Shown here: positions 12,021 through 23,974 of the stretch, one piece after another | How positions within the stretch are numbered: position 1 is the first letter of the stretch | Layout: every line of letters begins with the position of its first letter | Source of the DNA: Hypanus sabinus | Lineage: Eukaryota | Direction: 5' to 3' | Assembly: GCF_030144855.1 (NCBI RefSeq) | Contig: NC_082720.1 | Coordinates: forward strand, 55,986,001-56,050,000 | Length of the DNA: 64,000 bases | Made by a program: the position numbers and the translations under genes | Notes under the pieces: model-generated | Database searches by the model: none | What the model was told of the DNA's origin: nothing | The model's input: the letters and a program-made list of their open reading frames with translations, nothing else

Positions 12021-14869
12021 TTTTATTCTTTCGTAGAGTTAACCTTTTGATAACAGTTACACAGTTCACTTTCATCTTTTAATACCTATTTATGATCAAA
12101 AATTACAAAATACAGTACTGTGAAAAAATATTCGGCAGATATATGTATTCGGCAGAGAAAGAGTGCCGGGGTGGAGGGTGGGAACGTTTGCTGACACACC
12201 CAACCCTGTGACACCAGGCAAGATAATTTGATTCCAAACAACAGATTTTTAAAATTCATCACAAAATGTCTACTTGATGCTTCCTGCTCTCCCTTCCCTT
12301 TGTCCCAACCGTAATTCCCCTCTTTTTGCGACTCTCCCACTCTCGGTCCACAACGGAGACGCATATCAGAATCACGATTATTATCATTCACATAGGTCAT
12401 GTTTTTTTCCGGCAATAGTTGGATGCAATACATAAAATGACTGCAGTACCGCGCAAACATATTAGGCACCCCAGCTATATATACGTGCCTCAGATATTTG
12501 CCCAGAATTGCAGTTGTCTGCTGTAATGGGAAACCCCTTTTACGATGACCGTATCCGTACATTGTACTTTGCATTCCCTACCTGTTTTAATTAAACCCTG
12601 TGGATGTCTTTCCCCACTTCCATCAGTGATTTTATTGTCCATAATTTTGATTAATTCCTTGGTGACCAGTTTTCTAAATCTGCTAGAATAGTTTCAATTA
12701 TTTGTTTGAGAAGAAGAAGAGACGCAGGTGACTACAGAGTGAGAGGGATTATATGTACATACATCCATTGACGTGGAGGCGTTGGTCGAGAGGTTAAGAA
12801 GAAGGCATCTGGCGCACTCGCCTTCACTGATCAGTGAACTGCGTGCAGAAAGTAGGACGCAGAAATGCAACTCTGTGTGTTGTTGGTGAGTCCGCATTTA
12901 GAGTCGGGCGTGCAATCCTGGAGGCTTGACTGCAATACGATCGGAATGGTGCAGGGAAGAATCGTGAGGTTTTTTAGGGACCGGAATACTTGAGCTATTA
13001 GGAGAGGCTGGATAGCCTGGGGCCTATTTTTTTCTGTGGATATGGTATGCTGCAGAGTAACATAATAGTTGGATATGAAATCATGAAGTGCGTGCTTAAG
13101 TGGAATAGTCAAGTAGTGGAGTCTAAAGTGGGAAGACACAGACTTAAGGTGAAAAGCAATGTTTTAAAAGCAACAGAAGGGAATCTTTTTGACATGGAGG
13201 GCAACGGGTATACGGAATGGACCACCAGAGAAAGCTGAATAGGTGCATACAATTTCAACGTTTAAAAGAAATTTAGCAGATTCACAGCGTAAAAATATTT
13301 GGAGTGATATGGGCCAAGTGGAGTAAAATAAAACTATCTCAGACAGACATTTTGATGGACGTGGTCATTGGGCTCAATAGCCTGTTTCTCTCATAAAAAA
13401 ACAGTACGATTCTTATCACATGCTTTCAGACCTGTATGCATTCTGAACAGGAGTGGCCTAAACGCATTATTATAAAATTGTGAAATTTCTGTCAATATAG
13501 GCGAGCTTATTTGTGCGCTTGTTGGAGCCTGAGATCATAAATAGAATTCATAGAATTCAGCCTTAGTGCTTTTTAAAAAATGTATTTTCCTTAAATTTCC
13601 CTTCGTTACCCTTTATGCATATATAAACAATAAATGCTGCCAGAACTCAACAGATGTGCTAATGTTTGTGGAAAAAAAAACACTTCACGTTTCATATACA
13701 GAAGCTGAAATTCTAGCTCTTCTTATATCCAAAATATGCTGCCTGCTCTGCCGTGTTTTTGCAATTTTTTTTAACTCTTTCAGAATTCCGAAATCCTGGA
13801 GTTTTCATGGTTTTCAAGCAATTTTCATGGAATTAATTTTTTTCTCCATACGTTTGAATTGTTCTTCTCTCCCGTTAATCGGCCAAGGTACTCCAAACAG
13901 GGTAAATTCAATTTTTAGTGGAATATGTTACCCCTATCTTCATAATGTACTTCTGGCGATTTTATATTTGTAAACAGTATTAGGTTAAATTCCGAACTTA
14001 CAGTCTTAAAAGGCTAAAACAAACAACTCAGAATTTCTTACAGTACATTGAGCCTTGTTATATTATGCAGACTAAAATCAGGAGCATTGCCTCAAGTTTC
14101 TGGGAATAGATTTAGGATGGAGGTAAGAAGAAATTGTATTTGCTAGAGTGTAGGAAGCGGAGAAGGCAGGAGAATTCGGTTGAAGGGATAATAGATCAGT
14201 TACGGTATGTTGGAATAGCGAGGTAGACTCGATCGGCCGAATTGCCGAATTCTGTTCCTATGTTTTATGTTTTATGGTTGTGAATCTGTGAAATTCTCTG
14301 CCCATGGAAGTAGTAGAGCAATCTCACTAAGTATATTTAAGACACCGCTAGATAGACTTTTGCATAGCAGGAGAGCAAAGGGTTATGACGAAAAGAGAGG
14401 TCGGTGGGGTGAATCCACGGCTAGATCTGCCGTGATCTCATTGGATGTTGGAGCAGTCTCGAAGGGCAATATGGCTTATTCCTGCTCCGAATTCTTATGT
14501 TATTATGTTGTTCAGTCATCGCTTCAATCTTGTTTTCTTTGAGGATCAGGCTCATGGTGTGCCTGCGCATTTGTGTATGCATGTTGAGGCTCAGAGAACA
14601 GAAAAATCAGTTCAGGCTGTCTCACAATGATCAGTAAGCACAATATATGGTATATGCAACAGCACCATTATTATTATTAAGAATAATTTTCTGCCTTGTA
14701 GATTATCGCTAGTATAATAATAACACTCCTCATGTTTCTTAACATGAGTATATCCTAGTCTCGTCAAACGCAGTCCACCTCTCCAGTACTGAAGGAAACG
14801 TATATACATGTCCCTTCCACGTAGCCTTTCCCCCTTCCCAGTTAGGGCGCCTAAGAATTTGAAAAGGAC

Positions 14870-14960
14870 TGTAGTAATTTCAGGTATTGCACTGTACTGC
14901 CGCTGCAAAAATACCAAATTTCAGGACATATGTGAGTAATGATTCCGATTCTGATTCTGT
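14870..14960 (-). mobile_element. Rex1/Babar-type LINE 3' tail with (ATTCTG)n
   Basis: Short (ATTCTG) repeat at 14941-14960 after TGCACTGTACTGCCGCTGCAAAAATACCAAATTTCAGGACATATGTGAGT; resembles the end of the 47710-48100 element. Strand uncertain. Confidence 0.45.
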
Positions 14961-15838
14961 GATTCATGTAATTCTGATATGAGTCTCTATTTTTGATTGA
15001 AATTCGGATGTGTGGAGGTAGAAAGGAATCGTGGTTGGGTAAAGGGGACGGAGCAGGAAGCCCCAGATAGTCAACCTGCAATGATCAATAAGCCAAGTTC
15101 TTGGAATCAAATGACCTTGCCTGCTGTCCCAGGGCTGGATGTGTGTGCATCCCCCCCACCCTTGGCACTCGTTCTCTGCCACCTGTAATAAACTCCTGCC
15201 ATGGCACTCGGCCCTTGCCATTTCCAACATCCTTTGCGCCACTATCTGCATCACCTTGACAAAAAGAGTAAAATGGAAATGCTTTATGCACCTTAGCTAT
15301 ACATGTGTGCCTGAATGTTTTATTGTACCGTATATCCCGGTATCTAGTGCCAAATCAGAAGTTCCCTGTCTTCTATAATAGAGGATGTTCGTATAAATGG
15401 ACAGAAATGATAGATTTTGATGAGGTATATATAAGAAAATTCTACTGGTGAATGTAACTGCTCTATTTCTTGGGCACTAATAGATGCATTTTCGATATAT
15501 TGGTTGCCAAGAGATAAATTAATTTCATCTCCATGTCATAATGTATTTAGAGAATTGAAGAATTCGAAATCCTTAAAAGTAACCAACACACGTATGCCAA
15601 TAGTTTACCAGATATATCGAGATAGTTTACCCTATGTCAAGATATTCAAGGAATGTCTCGCAAATAGGTTAACCGTACGACAAACGATCTTGGATACGAG
15701 CAAACATTGTTTAGAAATCAATGATCGATGTTATCAAAATACTAAAAGTTATTTTTAAACGGTTATTACGAGGATAATTGCAGATGATTCTGTCACTCTG
15801 TATTTTAATTGCAACAGACAAAATCCCGTTGTAGTGTA

Positions 15839-15935
15839 GCTTTAAGAAATGCATTCTGCAGTTATTGACTGCCCTTATTATACCGCAGGCCGCCAATAGA
15901 AATCCACTTTCAGCTGGAGATCCATTGCCCCTCCT
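15839..15935 (+). promoter_or_regulatory. Pcdh unit 2 promoter cassette
   Basis: GCTTTAAG 15839, ATTGAC 15864, CCAAT 15893, GAGATCCATTGC 15917; CCAAT is 191 nt upstream of the ATG. Confidence 0.8.
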
Positions 15936-16083
15936 CGCTAGTGACGGAAAGATTTTCCATTGATACTGCTGAACTAAAGCTCCCCGGAACATAATCTACG
16001 TGAATTCTGCGTACGGATCGAAGGATTCATTTGCCGACAGAGCTCCTGAAACGTTTGCACAGATAATAATTGGCGCAGAGACT

Positions 16084-18477
16084 ATGGCGAATTCGCAGAG
16101 AAACAACGCCTTGATATTGATCATGCTGATTTTTATTTTCCTTGTTTTCGTATTGAGACAGGGAGTGGGTCTGATTCGCTATTCTATTACAGAAGAATTG
16201 GAATATGGCTCTTCTGTCGGGAATATTGCTGAACATTTAGGACTAATCGCTGGAGAATTATCAGCACGAAAATGTCGCTTAGTCTCCGCCGACGGAAGCC
16301 GGCACTTCCAGGTAAATTTAGAGACTGGTGTCCTGTTTGTTAGCAGTCGAATAGACAGAGAACAGCTTTGTGCACAAAGCCCGTCTTGTAATCTTGCCTT
16401 CCAGATAATACTAGAAAACCCCCTCGAAATGTACCGCGGTGAAGTGGAGATTCTCGATATAAATGATAATTCGCCTTCTTTCCCAGAGAACGCCATTGTC
16501 TTGCAAATGGCTGAATCTGTTGCACCGGGTTCCCGCTTCCCACTAGAGAGCGCACTTGATCCAGATGTAGGATCAAACACCGTCAATACGTATATAATCA
16601 GTCCCAACGAGAATTTTGGTTTGAAGGTGCATGTCAGAAAGAATACCGTTACAAATGCAGAGTTACTGTTGGAGAAATTTTTGGACCGTGAAAAGCAGGC
16701 ATCGTTCCAGCTTGTTCTGACGGCTGTTGACGGTGGCAAGCCTCAGAGAACCGGGACAACTCAACTCACCATTAGTGTACTGGACAGCAACGATAATGCG
16801 CCTGTATTCGAGAATGATATATATACTGCAAACCTGGAAGAAAACGCACCAGCAGGAACCTTGGTGATCAGAATCAGAGCTGTCGATCTGGACCAAGGTA
16901 CTAATGCAGAGTTTAAATACTCGTTTTCTAATCTTGTCCCAGAGAATGTACGGGAATTATTCAGTCTGGATCCTGAAACTGGAGAGATCAAAGTTCAGAA
17001 ACCTCTAGATTATGAAAATGAAAAAAGTTATGAACTTGATGTCCAGGCCGTGGATAATGGTTCACCATCAATTACAGGACATTCCAAAGTACTGATCGAT
17101 TTGATTGATATGAATGATAACGTCCCTAAGATTACAGTGACCTCCATGTCTGGCAAAGTCCCTGAAGATGCTGCACCCGGGACAGTGGTTGCCCTAATTG
17201 ATGTAACTGATCGCGATTCCGGAGCAAACGGAAAAGTTCACTGTGATATGCCAGTCGACCTTCCCTTTAAAGTTCAGTCATTTCTGAACAACCATTATAA
17301 AGTGACCACCACTCGTCTGTTGGATCGAGAAACCGCACCAACATATAATATACCTGTCACAGTCTGGGACTCCGGATCTCCTCCTCTATCAACAAATACA
17401 ACTATCGAGATAGTGGTGTCTGATGTAAATGACAACACACCACAATTTTCCCAGTCCTCTTACGCCGTCTATGTGATGGAGAATAACGTTCCGGGTGCTT
17501 CTATTTTTGCACTGACTGTTTTCGATCCTGATCTGGACCAGAATTCTTATATCTCTTATTCATTCACGGGGAACCTGCAGGATTCGGTGGTGCCCACTTA
17601 CTTCAGCATTGGTTCGATGAACGGGACCATTTACGCATTGCGCTCATTTGACTACGAGCAGGTTAAAAGCTTCCAGTTCCATATTCAAGCCCGTGACGCT
17701 GGAGTGCCCCCGCTGAGCAGCAGCGCTACAGTGAGTGTCATTGTCCTGGATCAAAATGACAATGCACCAGTGATTATTTATCCTTCCGCACCGAGTGGAT
17801 CATTACCCATGGCGATCCTGCCCCATTCAGCAGGTCAGGGGTACTTGGTCACCAAAATCATGGCGACTGATGCAGATTCAGGTCAGAATGCTCGTCTCTC
17901 CTATCAGATAGTTCAAGCTACTGATCCTACTCTCTTTCGGATAGGTCGGAATTCAGGGGAAATCAGAACAACGAGAAGTATTTTGCAGCCGGATGATACC
18001 TCGCAGAATTTAGTCGTCTTAGTGAGAGATAACGGACAGCCGAGCCTGTCCAGTACAGCAACAATATTTTTCTCCATTTTAGGGAATGTTACTGAGAGTG
18101 TCTCCGAAATTAGGGATTTTGATATTAATCCTAGTTATGTTTCGGACATGAATTTTTATTTACTTGTCACATTCAGATCAACATCGATTTTGTTCTTTCT
18201 GATCATTGTCTTCTTGTTTGTAGTAAAGTGTAAACAAGTTGGCGGCATAGGTCAAGATGGCGGATGCCCAATTTGTTGTTGCCGACCCAGGAATTCGAAG
18301 GAAGTATTTATTCGTGGCGATCCGCCAGGGGATCCTTTAAATTGTGCTGGAACTGGTCAGAATGGACCTTTCCCCGAGAGTTATCAGTACTCGGTGTGCT
18401 TGACACCGGAATCATCGAAGAGCGAATTTCTTTTCCTGAAACCGTACAATCCAAGCTTCACTCAAGTTCAACACTAA
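16084..18477 (+). CDS. Clustered protocadherin unit 2, 797 aa
   Basis: ATG at 16084 (MANSQRNN) aligned with the paralogues; same 6-EC/TM/tail architecture; uninterrupted ORF. Confidence 0.96.
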   Translation: MANSQRNNALILIMLIFIFLVFVLRQGVGLIRYSITEELEYGSSVGNIAEHLGLIAGELSARKCRLVSADGSRHFQVNLETGVLFVSSRIDREQLCAQSPSCNLAFQIILENPLEMYRGEVEILDINDNSPSFPENAIVLQMAESVAPGSRFPLESALDPDVGSNTVNTYIISPNENFGLKVHVRKNTVTNAELLLEKFLDREKQASFQLVLTAVDGGKPQRTGTTQLTISVLDSNDNAPVFENDIYTANLEENAPAGTLVIRIRAVDLDQGTNAEFKYSFSNLVPENVRELFSLDPETGEIKVQKPLDYENEKSYELDVQAVDNGSPSITGHSKVLIDLIDMNDNVPKITVTSMSGKVPEDAAPGTVVALIDVTDRDSGANGKVHCDMPVDLPFKVQSFLNNHYKVTTTRLLDRETAPTYNIPVTVWDSGSPPLSTNTTIEIVVSDVNDNTPQFSQSSYAVYVMENNVPGASIFALTVFDPDLDQNSYISYSFTGNLQDSVVPTYFSIGSMNGTIYALRSFDYEQVKSFQFHIQARDAGVPPLSSSATVSVIVLDQNDNAPVIIYPSAPSGSLPMAILPHSAGQGYLVTKIMATDADSGQNARLSYQIVQATDPTLFRIGRNSGEIRTTRSILQPDDTSQNLVVLVRDNGQPSLSSTATIFFSILGNVTESVSEIRDFDINPSYVSDMNFYLLVTFRSTSILFFLIIVFLFVVKCKQVGGIGQDGGCPICCCRPRNSKEVFIRGDPPGDPLNCAGTGQNGPFPESYQYSVCLTPESSKSEFLFLKPYNPSFTQVQH

Positions 18478-20519
18478 ATCACAAAGTTGTGGTAAACGCG
18501 AGGGTTTTACAAAAGCTTCATATTTAATTAAATTTAAGTGGAATACCACTACTTTTAAAGTAACTGCCATGATTTTGTAGTTTACTATAACTATGCTGTA
18601 CCAACCACGATGGAGTTATTAAGGGAACATCAGAGCCACAATAAATCGATCCAATTAAAAATCATGGGTAACATCAATTATCTGGCTGTCCGATTGATGA
18701 CAACTCATTCCACACGCCAAACTCCAAACCCTTCCCTCCCCCATCCCCGCACTCTCCACCCCTACGACCCAGCGCCCGAATCTCTTGAATAGTTAGCTTG
18801 CTAATCAGGTTTCAAATACATTGATCGGAATTCATTATAGTAACAATGCTTCTTTCCCAAGCGTTTAAGAGGTAATATTAGAAAATAACAACAGTCTTTT
18901 CTTCTCCCTGCTGTCATTCATTCGAACGACTTGTAAGGTTGCACAGACTTGAGTTGTTTGTTTCATATCTGTTTCCTAGTGAAAAAAACAGTATTAGAGA
19001 CAGGAATGTTTACTTCAAGATCGGACCATAAACTTAAGACCTTGCCTGGAGGTAAAGAAACTTCGTCAGATACTTTTTGATTTAATAGGATACGTTACGT
19101 TCAGTGTATATTTACCCCCCACCCCCCCGGCAACTTATTCCAATAGGCCGTTCCGATGTTTTTCCTCCATAAACCCTTCTGTCCTCCGCATTCTTCATCC
19201 ACCTCCAGCAGTATCATACTATGTCTCGTGTGTTTATCAGTCTTTCGCTTACAGGTATCTTTTCTATTTCACTAGATGGGGTGCCATTTTCCCGGTCGAT
19301 AAACGAAATTGTTTTCTCTGAATTACCTGTTGGTTTATATTGACTGATTACTGCTAGGATATCTGATCTTTGGGTTAATGGAAATATTTTCCTCTTTATT
19401 TAGATTTAGAAACGTTATCAAATCAGTCCACTGCCTTCCCTATTCAGCAAATTTCTCAAACTTTTTATTAAATTTACAATTTAGCCCGGAAAATAGCAGC
19501 GTTTTGTGTATTTTTTCTCCTACGCCTCCGTGAAGTTTTCAAATATACTTTCTAACCAAACTTATAGCAATTCTCTGTTCTTAAATTCCTTCCTGCTGTA
19601 GCTGGTTCGCCGCACTCAACGACTGCGTTCCTTATAAATGGCCTATTCTGCAGGATTAGTTTTTAATGTCTTTCTTTTTTCTATCTTCGATCAAATTTCC
19701 ATCAAATCCCCATTTATATTCTTAATTTTCATATATTGCAGTATTCTACTCTTCGAAATTGTAGTAATATACAGATTATCCTTCTGTTGTTTTTCAATTA
19801 GTTTAACCCGATTAGATTGTAATTAAAGTCCGCTTTGAAATCCACAGTCCGTACGTTTTCTTATACTTTTGAATCATTACCTTACACTTGGATAATTTAC
19901 AAATACAGCTTTCAGCACAGGTTGCCTTCCATGGCACTGACATTATGTTTTGATATACCGTTCACCAATAAAATTTAATACTTATTTAGGAACAAAATTA
20001 TGAATAGGTGCCTACTCCCACCGTGATAGGAAACACTTCTACGATTGCATGTTGCATTTAGTAATCGCTAGCTGTTTTCTTTCCAAACTTTATCGAGGAC
20101 TTCCCCTGGGATCAGAGGTTTTAACCTTAATACTGATTAATTCATCGGTTTACACTCTTCGAAATCTCCTAGAATTGTTTTAAGTATTTTTTCCAGATGT
20201 ATAGGATTCGTCCGTGTCTACAGAAACCACACAGGCATTGATCATTTTAAGTCCTGGCACAGATGGACAGAATCGAGGAGAAGGGAAGGCGTTTGGCAGG
20301 CTTGCTTTCATTGGTTAGTGTATTATGTAGAAGCGTTAGGACACCATGCTGCAGCTGTACCTGTTGTTAGCGAGACCACATATGGAATTCAGCATGTAGT
20401 TTTGGTCGACCAGATATGAAAACGGCAGAAAAGGTGCAGATAAGATTAATGAGGTTGCTATAAGGACTGGAGGACTTGAGTTTCTGATACAGGTTGGGAT
20501 TTTTCCCCCTCGATCTAGG

Positions 20520-21900
20520 TTAGAACCATAGTACATTACAGCACAGAAACAGACCTTTTGTCCCTTCTTGGCTGTGCCGAAACATTTTACTGCCTAGGCC
20601 CACTGACCTGCACATGGCCCATATCCCTCCATACACCTCTCATCCATGTAGCTGTCCAAGTTTTTCTTAAATGTTAAAAGTGAGCCCGCATTTACCACGT
20701 CATCTGGCAGATCATTCTACACTCCCATCATCTCTGTGTGAAGAACCCCCCCCCCATGTTCCCTTTGAACTTTTCCCCCTTCACCCTTAACCCATGCTTA
20801 ACCCATGTCCTCTAGTTTTTTCCTCCCAAGCCTTAGTGGATAAGCCTGCTTGCACACGCTATCTATACTCATCATAATTTTATATACCTCTATCAAGTGC
20901 CCCTCATTCTTCTATGCTCCAGGGAATAAAGTCCTAACCTATTCAACATTTCTCTGTAACTCAGTTTCTCAAGTCCCGGCAACATCCTTGTAAACTTTCT
21001 CTGCACTCTTTCAACCTTATTAATATCCTTCCTGTAATTCGGTGACCAAAACTGCACACAGTACTCCAAATTCGGCCTCACCAATGCCTTATACAACCTC
21101 ACCATAACATTCCAACTCTTATACTCAATAGTTTGATTTACAAAGGCCAATGTACCAAAACTCTCTTTACTACACTGTCTACCTATGACGCCACTTTTAG
21201 AGAATTTTGTATCTGTATTCCTAGATTCCTCTGTCCTACTGCACACCTCAGTGCTCTACCATTTACCTTGTGTACCTTGGTTTTTCCTTCCAAAATGCAA
21301 TACCTCACACTTGTCTGTTTTAAACTCCATCTGCCATTTTTCGGCCCATTTTTCCAGCTAGTCCAAATCGCTCTGCAAGCTTTGAAAACCTTCTTCACTG
21401 TCCACTACACCTCCAATCTTTGTATCAGCAGCAAATTTGCTTATCCAATTTACTACATTATCATCCAGATCATTGATATAGCTGGCAAATAACAATGGAC
21501 CCAGCACTGATCCCTTTGGCACACCACTAGACACAGGCCTCCACTCAGAGAAGCAATCCTCCACTACCACTCTCTGACTTCTCCCATTGTCTAATCCAAT
21601 TTACTACCTCACCATGTATACCTAGCGACTGAATCTTCCTAACTAACCTCCCATGCGGGACCTTATCAAAGTCCATGTAGACAACATCCACTGCCTTCCC
21701 TTCATCCACTTTCCTTTTAACCTCCTCGAAACTCTAATAGACTTGTTAAACATGACCTACCACGCACAAAGCCGTGTTGACCCTCCCTAATCAGTCCTTG
21801 TCTATCTAAATATTTGTAGATCCTATCTCTTAGTACTCCTTCCAATAATTTACCTACTACCCACGTCAAACTTACCGGCATATAATTTCCTGGATTACTT
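20520..21900 (-). mobile_element. 5'-truncated CR1 LINE
   Basis: Minus ORFs WRPVSSGVPKGSVLGPLLFASYINDLD...KFAADTK and LYKALVRPNLEYCVQFWSP; 3' end at ~20520. Confidence 0.92.
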
Positions 21901-22469
21901 TGGTTGTTAATGTGTTACCTGACAGAGGTGCATAGTTACGTTCGATGGTCGCAGATTTCTTCTCAGTGCAATGGAGTCTATAATCAGAGGGCATAGATTT
22001 AAGGTGAGAGATAGAAACGTTTAAAACAGGACCAGAAGTGAGTCCTTATGACACAGAGAGGTGTATAGAATGATCTGGAAGAAGAAGGTCGAGAGATGGG
22101 TACAAATTCAATGTTCATACGACGTTTAGAAGATTCATGGAGAGAAAATGTGTACAGTGATAGGAGCTAAACGTAGTGAAATGCGACGAGCTTGGTTAGA
22201 CATTTTGGTCTGCAAGGACGATAGGCCAAAGGGCCTTTTCTCTCTGTTATAACTGTTCGACATTTGTCATATGCTGTCTGTCCTGTATATAAACCCGAAT
22301 AACAACTATCTAGACGGGCTATGAAAAGATTCTGGAATCCCTGTCAAATTAGGTGAGCTTATTTGTGTACGTGTTTGGGCTTGAAGGTCATAAATAGAAT
22401 TCGTTATCTTTCACGTTTAGTTTTTATTCTGCTTTCATTTCCAATGTAGCCGATAAACCAAGATAATAA

Positions 22470-23000
22470 TGACATCCACTTCAACTCTGCTTCACATTCC
22501 CATTCAGATATGCCCATTCATGGACTTCTCTACTGCCTTGATGATGCCAAACTCAGGTTGGAGGAGCAGCACCTCATATACCAACTGAGGAGCCTCCAGC
22601 CCCTTGGCGTGAACATTGAGTTTTCCAACTTCCTGTAATTCCCTCCCTCTCCCTCAACCCATCCAAGTTTCACTCTGCCTCCTCCTCCAACTGCCTGTCA
22701 CCTCTCTCTTGATTCTGCCTTCTTCTACTGCACATAGTGCTTTCCCCTTACATTCCTTCTTCACCTTTCATGCGTATCCCCTCCCTGCTTCCCCTCCCCC
22801 ACCCCTTGATCATTCCTCTTATTGGGTTTTCACTTGGCACCTACCAGCCTTTTCCTTCCCAACCTCCCCCTACCTTCTTTACAGGGCCCCTGCCCCTCCC
22901 TCTTCAGTCCTGACGAAAAGTCTTGATCCGAAACGTTGACTGCTCGTTTCCACTGATGCTGCCCGACCTGCTGAGTTCCTCCAGCGTGTTGTACGTGTTA
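22470..23000 (+). mobile_element. Penelope-like element 3' end (GIY-YIG C-terminus, pyrimidine tract, pseudo-LTR)
   Basis: Hand translation from ~22477 gives HFNSASHSHSDMPIHGLLYC...RLEEQHLIYQLRSLQPLGVNIEFSNFL*; followed by a C/T-rich tract and CAGTCCTGACGA...GAAACGTTGACTG...GATGCTGCCCGACCTGCTGAGTT. Confidence 0.85.
22905..22942 (+). ncRNA. Minimal type I hammerhead ribozyme motif in Penelope pseudo-LTR (stem II degenerate)
   Basis: CAGTC (22905-09) pairs with GACTG (22938-42); core CTGACGA (22910-16) and GAAAC (22930-34); GTT triplet (22935-37); palindromic ACGT stem III. Confidence 0.65.
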
Positions 23001-23974
23001 TCTCTAACTTAACCGTTTAACCGTTAAAATATTTCTAGTAGCTTTATCTTTATGAAACTGCATTATGTTTAATTCCCAACTTCTGGTCTGAGAAGGCTGA
23101 AATGAACAATCCACGATTTATTACATTGAAGTTCGTTTTATCCCTTAGTCTGAAACCAGGGACGTTTCTTGAGATTCGCGGGAATAGATCTAGGATGGAG
23201 AAGAGGCGAAATGGTTGTTGCCAGAGAGTAGGGAGGGGAGAATGATGTTGAGAAGAATAATAGATCAGTCACGATGGAATGGCGAGGCAGCCTCAATCAA
23301 CTATTACTTATAATTATAACTCATATAATCGTATGTATGCACGGAAGCAAAAGAATCTCAGGGTTGTACTTGGCGATATGTAGGCACTCTGATAATAAAT
23401 TTTACTTTGAACTTTGAACTTTTATGGTAGTGAATTGTGGAATCCTCTGCCCCAGGAAGCATAAAGTCGATCATATACAATATAATTAAAACGCCGTTAA
23501 ATAGACTTCTGCATAGCAGGAAGCTGAGGGTTATGAGGAAAAGGCAGATAGAGGGAAGAAAGGTTATACAGAGATAGGCATGATCTTATTAAAGTGGGGA
23601 CAATCTCCATTGCAAAATAACCTACTCCTGCTTCTAATTCTTATGCTCTTATGTTTACCAGTCACACGCCCCATATTCAAGATTCAAGGAGTCTGCGTGA
23701 ATGCATGAGTGTGTTGGGCACAGGGAGGATGAGAGTAAATATAAAGATTCCGACAATAATTATTAAGCACTAAGTACAGTATGTGCAACGGTTTAACATG
23801 GACATTTTCTGTCTTTTAGGTTATCGCTTGTATCACACAGCACTCTAGTTGTGTCTTAAATGCAACAAAAAGTTTGACATCCCGGTCTCTTCGAAAGCTG
23901 TCTAGCTCTCCAGTAGCGTAAGGCAATTTCTATACGTGTCTTTCTTCTAACCTAACGTTCTCATTCCCAACAAT

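Noticed and set aside
12086-13973. 162-aa and 135-aa ORFs in spacer 1
   Set aside because: No recognisable domain, and the frames are not preserved in the homologous spacers.
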